Virus record (IMG/VR): IMGVR_UViG_3300021399_000103
Location: 112,420 to 176,419 of that record
Direction: 5' to 3' (one strand)
Origin: a virus
Lineage: Duplodnaviria; Caudoviricetes
DNA: 64,000 bases
Under the pieces are notes generated by a model that saw nothing but the letters and a program-made list of their open reading frames with translations, made no database searches and was not told the origin of the DNA. Below are positions 1 to 10,868 of the stretch, piece by piece. Every line of letters begins with the position of its first letter. Within the stretch, counting starts at the first letter, position 1. The translations under genes were made by a program, and so were the position numbers.

Positions 1-987
1 ATTTCCATATTTATTATACAATTTTTTCAAATTCTTAGTCAATTTTTTGAATTCATCATCACCTATATCTTGGAATTGTCTGTCTAATGCCACAACAATT
101 TCTTTAACTCCTAATTCAGTTAAAAGATTCATCTGGTAACCAGAAATATTACTACCACAACAAGCTACAGAAATATCATTCTCATGACCAAAATAAGTTT
201 GATATAAAAGACATGATTTTTCGCCTTCAAATATTATGGCACGACCTGCAGTCGCAATATTTTTAGCAGAATTATTTAAGTTATATAAGTTCATTCCAAG
301 AGGGTGATTATACATTTTTTTATTTATAATTAAAGGGCGATATTTTCCATACATTTCCGCATCTTCTTTTGCTAAGGCGCGGCCACGGATACCAACTAAA
401 CGATTGTTTTTATCAAAATGCGGGATTGTTATTTGATTTCCTCCTGGAAAATAACCTATTTTATTATAATCTAAAACTTCTTGTGAAATATTTTCTTTTA
501 ACCATGGAAGTATTTTCAAATCATAATTAAATATATTTAATATATCTTTTTCATATGATTGAAGTTTTACATTATATTGTTTGATTTCAATTTGTTTAAT
601 TCGATCATAATTACTAAATATAGACCAATCTTCTAATTGCTTATCATCTTCATCTAAAACGAATGAGCCAGCGATGCCAAATCTAAAAGCAATTAACCTA
701 ATAGCGTCATTTAATGTGATCTTTTGGTTTTTTTGAATTTCATAAACTTTAATACATAATTCAAATATATCAAATGAATCATCTCCACCAGTATAAGATT
801 TAAACAATCCACTATTTTCATAGAAATAGAGTTTGCGGCTCCCGACTCCAGGCGGATTGTGGTCTATTGTTTCTGCAAGAATCCCAAAACTGGCATATTG
901 CGGATCTCCTCCCCATTCAAGAAGGAGATCAAATATGTCGTTAATAGTTAAACTATCTCTAATTTCTTGTTTATCATAGTTAATCAT
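1..987 (-). CDS. dnaG: DNA primase, DnaG/Toprim type (runs off left edge; missing from ORF track)
   Basis: Hand translation from ATG 987: MINYDKQEIR...TIPHFDKNNRLVGIRGR...IIFEGEKSCL...VVALDRQ (Toprim E and D motifs); overlaps helicase stop; Trp codons all TGG. Confidence 0.88.
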   Translation of the reverse strand, partial: MINYDKQEIRDSLTINDIFDLLLEWGGDPQYASFGILAETIDHNPPGVGSRKLYFYENSGLFKSYTGGDDSFDIFELCIKVYEIQKNQKITLNDAIRLIAFRFGIAGSFVLDEDDKQLEDWSIFSNYDRIKQIEIKQYNVKLQSYEKDILNIFNYDLKILPWLKENISQEVLDYNKIGYFPGGNQITIPHFDKNNRLVGIRGRALAKEDAEMYGKYRPLIINKKMYNHPLGMNLYNLNNSAKNIATAGRAIIFEGEKSCLLYQTYFGHENDISVACCGSNISGYQMNLLTELGVKEIVVALDRQFQDIGDDEFKKLTKNLKKLYNKYGN

Positions 988-2521
988 CAAATGCTCCACG
1001 TTCTACTTTAATTTGATAATCATCCATTTCTATTAACTGATATCGCCAATCGGTAGCAAACATTGGATTGATTCTACAAGTACCAAGATCTGCTTTACAC
1101 CAAAGATAAATTCCTTTATATTGACCTCTACGGTTCTTATAAACAGATAATTTTAAGTCTGGTTTTTCATATATATTTTGCTTTAATAGATTTTCTAATG
1201 AATCCAAATCTTTTTGACCAACAGGTAATAAGATACTACCATAGTCAATTTTATCTGCAATCGCCTTAGCTCCACGAAGCAAGTTCTGATCAGGAGTTTC
1301 TGATTCTTGATAATCTGCATTTAACTGAGTTGCTGACTCAATAAAAATACCATATTTATTACATAAATCTTTTAATCTAATTGATAACATAAATAATACA
1401 TTATCTTCTCTTAGTTTAACACCACCAGAGCGACGAGTAACTTCTTCTAAAATCTTCATTGATGTATGAATATAATCATGGAAGATATATTTTACATTAT
1501 GTTCTCTTATACCTTTTTTAATTCTATCTTCAACATCTTGAAGAGAAAAATCTGGCAGTTCTTCAACATATATTGGAGATCTTTTTAAGATCTCAGCAGC
1601 CTTTCTTACTCTTTCTATTTCATCGCCTTCATATTGATTATTGATAATATGCTCTTCATTTACTGAAGATAAGAAAGCTAGCATCATTGTCTGAATTTCT
1701 TCTAACTCTTGCTCTGTTGAAATATATAAACAAGGTTCTGCGATTCCATTACCGATCCAACCCAACATATCATCATAAATCATATCTGCGCCAATATAAC
1801 AGCAATCGGCAATCATTGAACGAGACTTACCTACGCCAGTAGGAGCAGAACGCAAATAAAACTTTTTAAGTCTTGCGCCACGAGTGACTCTATTAATAAA
1901 TTTGCCATATAAAGGAGAACCTACTTCTGGATATGTCATCAATCTATCTATTAAAGCATCAATACCTTCACCAGCTTGATGAGTATTTCCAAAAGTATCA
2001 CTAACACACTCTAAACGAATTGCGTCTACAATAGCATCTACTTTATCAGCAATTTGAGTAAGACTCATATTATCTAACTGTTCTTCTTGAAGTTGTAATT
2101 TTTTAGTATCAATTTCATCTGGATTATAAATAAAATTAACATCAATACCATATGAATCATATGCTCTTAAAAGAGTCATTTTTTTCATTCTGTTATAATA
2201 AAAATCAAAAGCAGATGGAATAGCTTTTTCCGCAATAGTTTTTAACCATTCCTCACCTTTATTTACAGTAAAGATAGCCTCGCTTTTTGGTTTGGTAGAT
2301 AAAAAATCGCAGATACTTTCTATTGAAATTGATTCTGCGCCAAGCTCATATACTTTATAAATTGCGCCAAATACAATTTTATGAAAATCTGAAACAAAAT
2401 CCTCTTCTGTAATTACATATTTATCAGTTTCATCAAGTAATTGCGGTTTTATAAATACGCTACCTATAACTTGAACTATTGCGACAGTGTCTAAATATTT
2501 TGAACTACCCATATTATTCAT
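980..2521 (-). CDS. DnaB-like (SF4) replicative helicase
   Basis: Walker A SAPTGVGKS, ISTEQ, HDYIH, TQLN, KNRRG motifs; adjacent to primase. Confidence 0.9.
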   Translation of the reverse strand: MNNMGSSKYLDTVAIVQVIGSVFIKPQLLDETDKYVITEEDFVSDFHKIVFGAIYKVYELGAESISIESICDFLSTKPKSEAIFTVNKGEEWLKTIAEKAIPSAFDFYYNRMKKMTLLRAYDSYGIDVNFIYNPDEIDTKKLQLQEEQLDNMSLTQIADKVDAIVDAIRLECVSDTFGNTHQAGEGIDALIDRLMTYPEVGSPLYGKFINRVTRGARLKKFYLRSAPTGVGKSRSMIADCCYIGADMIYDDMLGWIGNGIAEPCLYISTEQELEEIQTMMLAFLSSVNEEHIINNQYEGDEIERVRKAAEILKRSPIYVEELPDFSLQDVEDRIKKGIREHNVKYIFHDYIHTSMKILEEVTRRSGGVKLREDNVLFMLSIRLKDLCNKYGIFIESATQLNADYQESETPDQNLLRGAKAIADKIDYGSILLPVGQKDLDSLENLLKQNIYEKPDLKLSVYKNRRGQYKGIYLWCKADLGTCRINPMFATDWRYQLIEMDDYQIKVERGAFDD

Positions 2522-3146
2522 CCTCCTCTACAAATTTCCATTTTAGAGGTTCTTTTGTAATGGGATGTTTACCGGCAGAAATTCTCTTTCCTCTACAAAC
2601 TTGACCGATATTACTTAATGGTTTTAGACCACACCATTGCTCCGCTTCTGTTATACTATTAAATATTACACCGGTATTTAAACAAATAACTTTTTTCTTC
2701 TTTTTTTCACTCATTTTTTGTTTTTCTTCTTCAGTATGTAATCTAAAATGTTTTCCTTTATTATTTAAACTACATTTTTGTTTTGACAACTCTGTTGGTT
2801 TATAACCTAAATGAGATTCTCTTAATTTTTGTTTTGTTTCTTCTGAAACGGGCGCATTATTTCCACCATAAGTTAAATTATATCCATTATTAACGGTATT
2901 ATAATAATTTATATAATATGCTTCCCAATAGTTTGCTTCATCTAATGTTAAATGAGATTTTAAAATTTTGTGTTCAAAATTATCCCATCCATACTTTTTA
3001 ATTGCTTCAAAAAATTTTGGACTTCGTTTATATCCAAATCCATTTTGCCATCTTCTATCTAAAGGTTGAGATGTTTGACCAACATATATTTTTCCGTTTA
3101 TTTTATTTTTATGTGAATAAACTATATATTCTAATTTACTTGCCAT
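2514..3146 (-). CDS. Free-standing GIY-YIG homing endonuclease with NUMOD-type DNA-binding tail
   Basis: IVYSHKNKINGKIYVGQT, EAYYINYYNTVNNGYNLTYGG, SEETKQKLRESHLG, VICLNTGVIFNSITEA. Confidence 0.85.
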   Translation of the reverse strand: MASKLEYIVYSHKNKINGKIYVGQTSQPLDRRWQNGFGYKRSPKFFEAIKKYGWDNFEHKILKSHLTLDEANYWEAYYINYYNTVNNGYNLTYGGNNAPVSEETKQKLRESHLGYKPTELSKQKCSLNNKGKHFRLHTEEEKQKMSEKKKKKVICLNTGVIFNSITEAEQWCGLKPLSNIGQVCRGKRISAGKHPITKEPLKWKFVEEDE

Positions 3147-3666
3147 CAACATCCTCCTCGTCTAAAAATGTAAATACTTTGCGGCGGTGCATTTTTCGCA
3201 CCGGTTCGGGGATTTTAATTTCTATAATCTTAGGCTCATATCGTTCTAAAATTTTGGCTTCATTATTTTGATTTGCTAACCAAATAGAATACCAATAATT
3301 ATAAGCCTGATCATACATATATGGGACAATTCCAATAGAACCATTACCTTTTTCTATTGGTTCTTTTTTTATTTCATATACATATTTCATTGTTCTTTCT
3401 ATACCAGAAAAAGAAAAACCATTCTTTTCATGATATGATTTTGCTAATTTTAATGTTTGACTATAATTAAATAATCTACCATATAATTTGGCGCAATATT
3501 GCATTAAATGGTCTAAATCTTTTTCTTCTTGCGTTTTTGCGGCTTCTCGCTCATCATAGCACTTTTTATGCGCATACCAGGTTTTACCGTGCTTTTCAAC
3601 GGGCTCTGTGTCTGCGTCAAAGCGTTCACCGCATATTCTACATTTTACATAATGAGCCATATACAC
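3136..3666 (-). CDS. Hypothetical replication protein with N-terminal Zn finger (possible helicase loader)
   Basis: CRIC...HKKC; position in the replication operon; function inferred. Confidence 0.5.
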   Translation of the reverse strand: MYMAHYVKCRICGERFDADTEPVEKHGKTWYAHKKCYDEREAAKTQEEKDLDHLMQYCAKLYGRLFNYSQTLKLAKSYHEKNGFSFSGIERTMKYVYEIKKEPIEKGNGSIGIVPYMYDQAYNYWYSIWLANQNNEAKILERYEPKIIEIKIPEPVRKMHRRKVFTFLDEEDVDGK

Positions 3667-3727
3667 AACTCCTTTATATTATTATACCATAATAAAATAA
3701 AAAAGTCAAGCCTACGCTTGACCTTCT

Positions 3728-4699
3728 CTATTTAACTAAAGTATCTTTTATTTCTCCAACAATTAGATCAATAAATTCTGCCTGATCTCTTGTTGTTTCT
3801 GAAACTTTCTTTCCTTTACCAAGATATTTATCGACAATCTCTGTAATCTTAGGCCCATTGCTTGGATTTTTTCTCATCAAATCGCCAGTAATTGTTTGGA
3901 ATTCATTCATAAGTGCGTCATAATCATATGTTGGCGCAATTACATCAGAAACTCTTTCTTCTGTAACGAATTTATTATTCGTTTCAGCTGCTTCTCTATC
4001 AATCGCCTTATTAAGGGCATTAACCAAATCTTGATAACTAAATGGAATTTCTGGTTCAATATATTTAAATCTACAGCCAGTATCTACGCTACCATCAAGA
4101 GAACGAAGAATTAATTTTCTTTCTCCATTCACAATATCCGCACATGCGAAGATATCAGCCATTCCCTTTACAATTTCATTAACACTTCTTTGCGCTGTTG
4201 GAACCATCTGATTATATTCAGTTCCATCTTTACGCTTAAAGGTTTTATCGGCAGAGTGTGAGATAAAGCAAACCGCATATCCAAGTTGAGTAATTGTTCG
4301 GAAAGAATCCTCAAATTCTTTCTTATATTTAGACCAGCCATTTGTACTCCAACCGCCATCGCCAATATTCTCAATACCAAGCTGATTACAAATATATTTC
4401 TCACAAAGCGCAGCCGCAATATCAACCGTATCAATGATAATTGATTTATAAACTGCTTGTACTTCTGGTTTCTTTAATTCTCTTAATACCTGCTTAAATT
4501 CACCCCAAGTAGTAATATCCTGAGCCATTACCCCAGGTAGTGCGTTATAACCTCTTTCAAAAGCAAGGATTAGCGCGCCTGGGAATTGTGCTCCAAAGGT
4601 TGTTTTACCAACCTTTGGAATTCCATATACATAGGTAATATAGCCAGATAAATCTCGACTTACTTTATGAGGTTGCAAGTTTAACAAATTTATAGCCAT
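3728..4699 (-). CDS. AAA_24/Sak4-like P-loop ssDNA-annealing protein
   Basis: YGIPKVGKTT Walker A, IIIDTVD Walker B, FISH; next to SSB-like gene. Confidence 0.75.
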   Translation of the reverse strand: MAINLLNLQPHKVSRDLSGYITYVYGIPKVGKTTFGAQFPGALILAFERGYNALPGVMAQDITTWGEFKQVLRELKKPEVQAVYKSIIIDTVDIAAALCEKYICNQLGIENIGDGGWSTNGWSKYKKEFEDSFRTITQLGYAVCFISHSADKTFKRKDGTEYNQMVPTAQRSVNEIVKGMADIFACADIVNGERKLILRSLDGSVDTGCRFKYIEPEIPFSYQDLVNALNKAIDREAAETNNKFVTEERVSDVIAPTYDYDALMNEFQTITGDLMRKNPSNGPKITEIVDKYLGKGKKVSETTRDQAEFIDLIVGEIKDTLVK

Positions 4700-4711
4700 A
4701 TTTACCTCCTA

Positions 4712-5686
4712 TTAGAAATTATATTCTTCATCTCTTGGCGCTGTCATAGTGCCTTTTGTAGAAGTGTTACCAATCGCATTGCCCTGAGATGCCTTATATT
4801 CATCTCTACGCTGCTTCAATTCAGCAAGTGTATTTTCACGAGCTTGAGCTGCTGCTTTAAGATCCGCAAATGTAATTGTTTCTTCAAGACCGAACTCATA
4901 TGGTTCTGATGCTGCCCAAGTAACAACATAATCTTTATTTGAACTCTGAACTTCTCTTACAGAATCTTCTCCAAATGCAGATTCTTCATGAATATATCTT
5001 GTAATCTGTTCTGAAACAATCTGACCTCTAACCTTTGTAAATACAGGATTCTTTGGAGACGCTTCAAGTCCTACAAAATAGTCAATAGCTTTTGGATTAA
5101 TTGCTGAGAAAGTTACTGGCAACATTTCTTTTCTAAAATTAAAGATTCTACCATCAATAATTGCTTTTGCTGGTGAAGTTACATTTCCATTATCATCTTC
5201 AACAGCTTCTTTTTCTCTTACTCCAACAATAACCACATCTGCTTCAAATGTGCTTCTCTGATTCTCATTTTCACTAATAGACTGAGCTACATGAACAAAT
5301 CCGCCCTCATTTCTCTTAACAGAAACAAGTTCTTCTGCTCCGCTTCTGTCAGAATAGAATTCATTCAAGCCAATAGCAGAATCAACTCTAAGTTTTGCGG
5401 CATTATCTCCTACTTCTGGATTTGTATAACAACCAATTTTTCCATCAATGATATTCTTTAATGTTGTAAATGTTGCGTTTTCCTTGCCGCTTGCAGTAAC
5501 CGCAGTAACATATGTAAAATGAACTGGAACGATATTTGTTTTCTTATCATTTGTCGCAATATCAATTGTTCCAGAAATAAACTCTGTTCCTGGCTTTTTA
5601 GAGTTCGGACCCGATACCTTCAATTCAAGATTGTGCTGATACAAAATACCTTCAATTCTTGTTGAGTTTAATAATCTTGCTTTCAT
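4712..5686 (-). CDS. Putative single-stranded DNA-binding protein
   Basis: beta-rich body, acidic/aromatic C-terminus (DEEYNF), context. Confidence 0.55.
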   Translation of the reverse strand: MKARLLNSTRIEGILYQHNLELKVSGPNSKKPGTEFISGTIDIATNDKKTNIVPVHFTYVTAVTASGKENATFTTLKNIIDGKIGCYTNPEVGDNAAKLRVDSAIGLNEFYSDRSGAEELVSVKRNEGGFVHVAQSISENENQRSTFEADVVIVGVREKEAVEDDNGNVTSPAKAIIDGRIFNFRKEMLPVTFSAINPKAIDYFVGLEASPKNPVFTKVRGQIVSEQITRYIHEESAFGEDSVREVQSSNKDYVVTWAASEPYEFGLEETITFADLKAAAQARENTLAELKQRRDEYKASQGNAIGNTSTKGTMTAPRDEEYNF

Positions 5687-5698
5687 CTTCTTTTCTCC

Positions 5699-6049
5699 TT
5701 AATCAATTTTATAATTTTTACCTTTTTCGCTTAATGTATATATAACAGGATCTTTACCAATTTTTTCAGCAAATCCATCATTTACCAATTTTCTTAGCGT
5801 GCCAGATACCGCTCTTGAAGAAATACCCAATCCTTCTGCAATATCTTTAGATTTTGCCATTTTAATATCATTATCTTGCATATACTTTAAGACAACTTTT
5901 CCATTATCTGTAATTTCTGGTGCAGAACTATCTTTTCCAGATCGTAAGATTTCAAGGTACATCTTTACATCTTCTGTCATAATACTTTTTGCATAATCTT
6001 CATTATGTGAAATTAAATCATCAATAAAACTTAAAAATTCATCTTTCAT
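5699..6049 (-). CDS. Winged-HTH DNA-binding protein
   Basis: SKDIAEGLGISSRAVSGTLRKLVNDGFAEK. Confidence 0.75.
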   Translation of the reverse strand: MKDEFLSFIDDLISHNEDYAKSIMTEDVKMYLEILRSGKDSSAPEITDNGKVVLKYMQDNDIKMAKSKDIAEGLGISSRAVSGTLRKLVNDGFAEKIGKDPVIYTLSEKGKNYKID

Positions 6050-6094
6050 ATTTTTTTACCTTTCAATCATTGTAATTATATTATAACATAATTT

Positions 6095-6982
6095 TTATTC
6101 AAAGGCAACTTTTTGATCAAATATAAATTGATCCGCATATGGTAGTGTATGCGCCCAATCAACAAATTGATGCCATTCTGTTAACTTATGATTTGCGCGC
6201 TGGGCACAAATGCTGCGTATATTCTCGTAATTCATTGTAATGGTTCTGGTTTGAAGCCATCCATTAGGCAACCAGCGCACCAATTCTTTCCAATATCGTT
6301 TATCTTTAGTTTCATTATATTTTAACCGAAGAGATTCCAAGAACCCGATAATTGTAGCTTCTGGCCAGTAGACATTATCTTCTTTTTCTCCAACAACATC
6401 CTTAATAGATATATGGTAATCAAATGGAGTGTCTCCTGTCTCGTCAATTCCTTCTTCAAAAATTATATTTGGTTCATAATCGTCAGTTTCAAAACAATCA
6501 ATGGTAATTGGAGTTGAGGCTAATTTATGCATTGTTGATGTACTATTGGCTACCGTACCGACTTTGTAAGTATCAAATTCCTTGAAAAAATATAATGGTG
6601 CTGTAATATCAACACATACCTGAATTTGACGTAAAAATTTACGATGCTCTGGACCGGCTTTACAAAGTCGCATAGCTAAATCCATATCATTTGGACCAAT
6701 CCAAGCTGTTTCATAAAAATTACCTTGGCTAGATTCTTTAAGTATTCCATTCTTAAACAACCAGTTTAAACGCTTCTCTTCTTCATCACAGTATTCCTTA
6801 CTTCCAAATTCTAAGTCGGGAAATAACTTATTGACCCATAAATCTGCTATTTCTAATGCGGTTAAACTACCATCTTCTTCAATACCAAATGACGAATCAG
6901 ATTTCTTCCAACTTGCAAGCGGATTACGCATTCCTCTTAATGCTCCTTCAAAATTTGATACATATGTATTCTCAAATTTCAT
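6095..6982 (-). CDS. ThyX-like (FAD-dependent thymidylate synthase-related) protein
   Basis: HRKFLRQI, EFDTYKVGTVANSTSTMH, TMNYENIR..QRANHKL.EW family signature; activity not assured. Confidence 0.55.
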   Translation of the reverse strand: MKFENTYVSNFEGALRGMRNPLASWKKSDSSFGIEEDGSLTALEIADLWVNKLFPDLEFGSKEYCDEEEKRLNWLFKNGILKESSQGNFYETAWIGPNDMDLAMRLCKAGPEHRKFLRQIQVCVDITAPLYFFKEFDTYKVGTVANSTSTMHKLASTPITIDCFETDDYEPNIIFEEGIDETGDTPFDYHISIKDVVGEKEDNVYWPEATIIGFLESLRLKYNETKDKRYWKELVRWLPNGWLQTRTITMNYENIRSICAQRANHKLTEWHQFVDWAHTLPYADQFIFDQKVAFE

Positions 6983-7248
6983 TATAAATTTCCTCCAAAC
7001 CCTTTAACAAAACATCCTATAATTTCTAAAAATTCATCAATATCATCTAAGTAAGCATTATTTTGATTATAGTCAGATGTTTTTAGAAAATCATAATATG
7101 AAATTATATTGACATGATATCCATAAGCATGTGCTTTTACTAACATTGCTTCTGGATTTTTACATACTAATGTTGCGTTTTCGTCCTGGCAAAGAGCCAT
7201 TAGTTGTTTTGTTTTACCTGAACCAGGTTCTCCAATAATCTTTTTCAT
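6982..7248 (-). CDS. Small P-loop protein
   Basis: GEPGSGKT and YLDD. Confidence 0.55.
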   Translation of the reverse strand: MKKIIGEPGSGKTKQLMALCQDENATLVCKNPEAMLVKAHAYGYHVNIISYYDFLKTSDYNQNNAYLDDIDEFLEIIGCFVKGFGGNL

Positions 7249-8216
7249 TAATTCTTATTCCCCTGTGTACTATTATAACCCCAATCAGTGCTTTGATAAA
7301 AATCAATTCAATACTTCTCACGTTCATTAAGTTGAGATCTCTCGCATTTTTCAATAATTTCATACATAAATGATTCTGGCCCAATAGACTTCATTTCTGT
7401 ATAAAATCTATTATTTGAAGAAGAAATACCAAGACCTGCTTTAATATGATCGCGTAATCTATTTCGTAAATCAACACTTTGACCTATATAACACTGATTG
7501 GTTTTTAAGTTTGTAATTTTATATATTCCACAATGATTTTGTCCAGTAGGAGTTAATCTACCTAATAAATCCATTGTTGGTTTTTTATAATAAAGTTCCC
7601 ATATTATTTTATTGATAGGTTCTGGATCTTTATTTAATTTTGTAGCGACTTCTTTTAATAATTGTATATCTTCTATATCTTGATCTGAAATTTTTAATTT
7701 ATAATAATCTTTTTCAGATTCTTTAAGCATATTTCTTTTATCTAAATCAATTGCGGCTCTTACTTTTTCTTTTAATGTTTTTAATTCTTCATTTACAGTA
7801 TTTAATTCTGCTTGTTTTGCAGCAATACTTTCTGTAAAAAGCTTGGCATTTTCTTCCATTATAGAAAGATATTCTTGTTTATGCTTTTCTTCTGCTAATT
7901 GATATCTATATCCAGCTATCTCCGCAGACTGAGACATTCGTTCTTGCATTAAATCATATGATTTTTTATAGATTTCGTCTGCGGCCGCAGATGCCTGGGC
8001 GCTTATAGTTTCGATGTCTGCGTTAAGAGACGCCTTTCTTCGTTCTAATGCGCTAGTTTCTGTCTCAGCAGAAGCGATTTCCGCAGTTAATTTAGTTAAA
8101 TTATTCTGTAATTCTTTATTCTTTTGGAGCACTTCTTCGTCTAATTTATGCTTTGGATATAAATATATTATTATACCAATCAATGCTCCAATAATTATCG
8201 CATAAATTCAAATCAT
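7248..8216 (-). CDS. Membrane-anchored coiled-coil GIY-YIG nuclease-domain protein; 2 in-frame TGA read as Trp
   Basis: AAGGAG then ATG 8216; TGA at codon 3 (8208-8210, MI*IYAIII) and at 7308-7310 in EREKY*IDFYQSTDWGYN; TAA 7248-7250 overlaps next ATG. Confidence 0.8.
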
Positions 8217-8288
8217 TATTTTCTCCTTAAAAAAGAAGGGGTAGATTAGTAATTACCTACCCCAGTATTTTTACAAAATTAACTCAGA

Positions 8289-8552
8289 TTACTCAGCGTC
8301 AGCATCTGGGTCAAAGTCTAAGCCTTCCTTAGTAAGACTTAGAAGCTTGATTGCCTTATGAGAACCATCATCAAGTTCAATTTCTGCAGGTGTTCTAACA
8401 CCAAGTCCCTTACGCTGAATAGCAGAGGTAAAGATACCATCTACGCTTCTCTTTTCAAGTCCGAGTGCAGCAGCAACATCAGCAGCTGTCAAATCTTCAC
8501 CATTGTGTTCCTTGAGATACATTAATACTTTCTTTGAATTTTCTTTCATCAT
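8289..8552 (-). CDS. HTH DNA-binding protein
   Basis: LTAADVAAALGLEKRSVDG; RBS favours ATG 8552. Confidence 0.65.
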   Translation of the reverse strand: MMKENSKKVLMYLKEHNGEDLTAADVAAALGLEKRSVDGIFTSAIQRKGLGVRTPAEIELDDGSHKAIKLLSLTKEGLDFDPDADAE

Positions 8553-8618
8553 AATCTTTTTTCTCCTTATTTCTTTCTTTATGTAAAAATTATACCACAA
8601 ATGTTTTTATTAAGTCAA

Positions 8619-8813
8619 TTATTTTTTTAAAATTTTTTGAACCATATCATCTATATCCATCATATCTTCTAAACTTAAATTATATTTAGATGTTAGATTT
8701 ATGATTTCTTCTTCCGCAGATTCTATTGATTCTTTATTTCGACCATTTTGAATAATCCGCTCTGCTGCCGCTATTCTCCTAGCTATTTTCTTTTTTAATG
8801 ACTCACTTGCCAT
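8619..8813 (-). CDS. Hypothetical protein
   Basis: ORF with RBS and own promoter. Confidence 0.5.
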   Translation of the reverse strand: MASESLKKKIARRIAAAERIIQNGRNKESIESAEEEIINLTSKYNLSLEDMMDIDDMVQKILKK

Positions 8814-8861
8814 ATATTTGTTCCTTAATTTTTACAATTATATTATACATAAAATTTTTCT

Positions 8862-10817
8862 TTAAAGCAAGAATTTCTGAATAAATTCTTCCTCAGTAAT
8901 AATCGGCACGCCCAATCTTTTCGCAGTAAGATTTTTGGATGAGGTGCTTGTGTTATCGTTATTGATTAGATAACTTGTTTTTGCAGAAACAGCACTTGAA
9001 ACTCTACCACCCCTGGATTCAATTTCAGACTGAAGTGCCGCTCTGTTTTTATACTGTTTTAATGAACCAGTGATTACGACTACAATATCTTTTAAATTAT
9101 CTAAATTATCTTCTTTTGCGGACGCAGGCCACTTTTCTAATGCCGCACCAGCCAAAATAGCTTCACCATAATCAAAGTTTAGGATTGAGCCTACTCGTTC
9201 TGGGCCAAAACCATCAATAGCATAAAAATCAAAGTCAGACCCCTCTTCAGTTGCATGTACAAAAGATGGAAAATCTTTGAAATGTTTAGCCAATTCTTTT
9301 GCCTGACTCAAACCAATTAATGGTATTCCAATGGCAGAAATATATCTTTCTAATGGAATATCTGAAGTTCTGATATTTTCAATCGCTTCAAGAATATTGT
9401 CTACAGATTTAATCCCAAAACCAGGTTTTGAAACCCACTCATCTCTATGATATTTTAACTCAAAAATATCGTGAAATTCTTTTACCCAATCCCAATCAAT
9501 TAATTTTTCAAGAGTTGCTTTAGAAAGACCTTTAATATCTAAGCCTTTCTTGCCGCAAAAATGATCTAAACGATTAATTAATTTACCAGAACAATTTGGA
9601 TTTTCACAAACTAAAGTAATAGAATCAGTTCCATGCTCGTATAATGGTTCTCCGCAAATAGGACAAACCCAAGGCTGGCTAATGTATGATTTTGTATACT
9701 CATCATCTTCTTCCGCTGATAAAATTTGCGGAATTATCATATTCGCCTTAAAAATTTTAATTTTTTGACCAACCCAGCTATTACCGTGTAAAACACTATG
9801 CATTATACTTAAATTATGTAGTGAAGCACGTTCAATTATAGATCCATCTAATTCAACAGGTTCAAATACCGCAACAGGAGTTAAAACTCCAGTTCTACCC
9901 ATAGTCCATTGAATATCTTGTAGTTTTGTTTCAACAGTTTCTACTTCTGGTTTCCAAGCAATTCCATTTCTAAAATGGTGGGATGTTTGTCCTAAAGAAT
10001 TTCCATATTCAGTATCATTAAATTTCCATACAACACCATCGCAAGGATATTCATCTTTAAAAGACATAATTATACTATTTGTTGATTTAATTTCATCAAC
10101 TGGTATATCAGTAATAAAATAAACTGTTTCAAACCCATAAGACTGAACTTCAATTAATTTTTCACTTAACAGCTTATAGTCACTACCAACAATAACATCC
10201 CAAGCAATAAAAGACAATTTTCTTTCTTCTACTAACTGAGTGTCAAGAACATTTAATGCTCCTGCTGCCGCATTTCTTGGATTTTTAAACTCATTATTTT
10301 TATTGATTTCTTCAAAATCAGAAACTTTAATTATAGCCTCTCCATCAATAATGAATTCATTTTTATATGGAATTTCTAATGGAACGTTTTGGAATTGCTT
10401 AATATGCTCAGTAATATCAGTGCCTTCAACTCCATTACCGCGGGTGTTTGCGGAAATCAATTTACCATTATTATATTTGATGCGGACTGATAAACCATCA
10501 AGCTTTATCATAGCAATCATTTCTTGACCATTCGCAAAATCCGCAACCTCCTCGTCGGAGTGGCACTTATCTAAACTAAGCATTGGTTTTGGCGTAATAG
10601 GAATTTTTTTAAGGAAGGGTAAAGTTGCAGTTCCTACTTGTTGCGTTGGACTATTGGATAAAATTATATTATTTTTATTCTCAAATGCGGAAAGCTCCTC
10701 TAATTTTAAATCATATTCTTGATCACTCATTATAGGACTATCAGAATTATAATACGCATCAGAAGCTTTGTTTAATTGATTTATTAAATCTGAGTATTCT
10801 TGAATATTACGCAACAT
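8862..10817 (-). CDS. ligA: NAD+-dependent DNA ligase
   Basis: KLDG adenylation motif, NPRNAAAG, Zn finger CPIC..C..C, HhH motifs, C-terminal BRCT. Confidence 0.96.
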   Translation of the reverse strand: MLRNIQEYSDLINQLNKASDAYYNSDSPIMSDQEYDLKLEELSAFENKNNIILSNSPTQQVGTATLPFLKKIPITPKPMLSLDKCHSDEEVADFANGQEMIAMIKLDGLSVRIKYNNGKLISANTRGNGVEGTDITEHIKQFQNVPLEIPYKNEFIIDGEAIIKVSDFEEINKNNEFKNPRNAAAGALNVLDTQLVEERKLSFIAWDVIVGSDYKLLSEKLIEVQSYGFETVYFITDIPVDEIKSTNSIIMSFKDEYPCDGVVWKFNDTEYGNSLGQTSHHFRNGIAWKPEVETVETKLQDIQWTMGRTGVLTPVAVFEPVELDGSIIERASLHNLSIMHSVLHGNSWVGQKIKIFKANMIIPQILSAEEDDEYTKSYISQPWVCPICGEPLYEHGTDSITLVCENPNCSGKLINRLDHFCGKKGLDIKGLSKATLEKLIDWDWVKEFHDIFELKYHRDEWVSKPGFGIKSVDNILEAIENIRTSDIPLERYISAIGIPLIGLSQAKELAKHFKDFPSFVHATEEGSDFDFYAIDGFGPERVGSILNFDYGEAILAGAALEKWPASAKEDNLDNLKDIVVVITGSLKQYKNRAALQSEIESRGGRVSSAVSAKTSYLINNDNTSTSSKNLTAKRLGVPIITEEEFIQKFLL

Positions 10818-10868
10818 TTTTTCTATTCCTTTCTTACAACCAATTATATTATATCATAATTATTTTAT

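Noticed and set aside
2514-3146. Intron- or intein-encoded endonuclease
   Set aside because: Flanking genes are complete and overlap-coupled; no intron core or intein motifs
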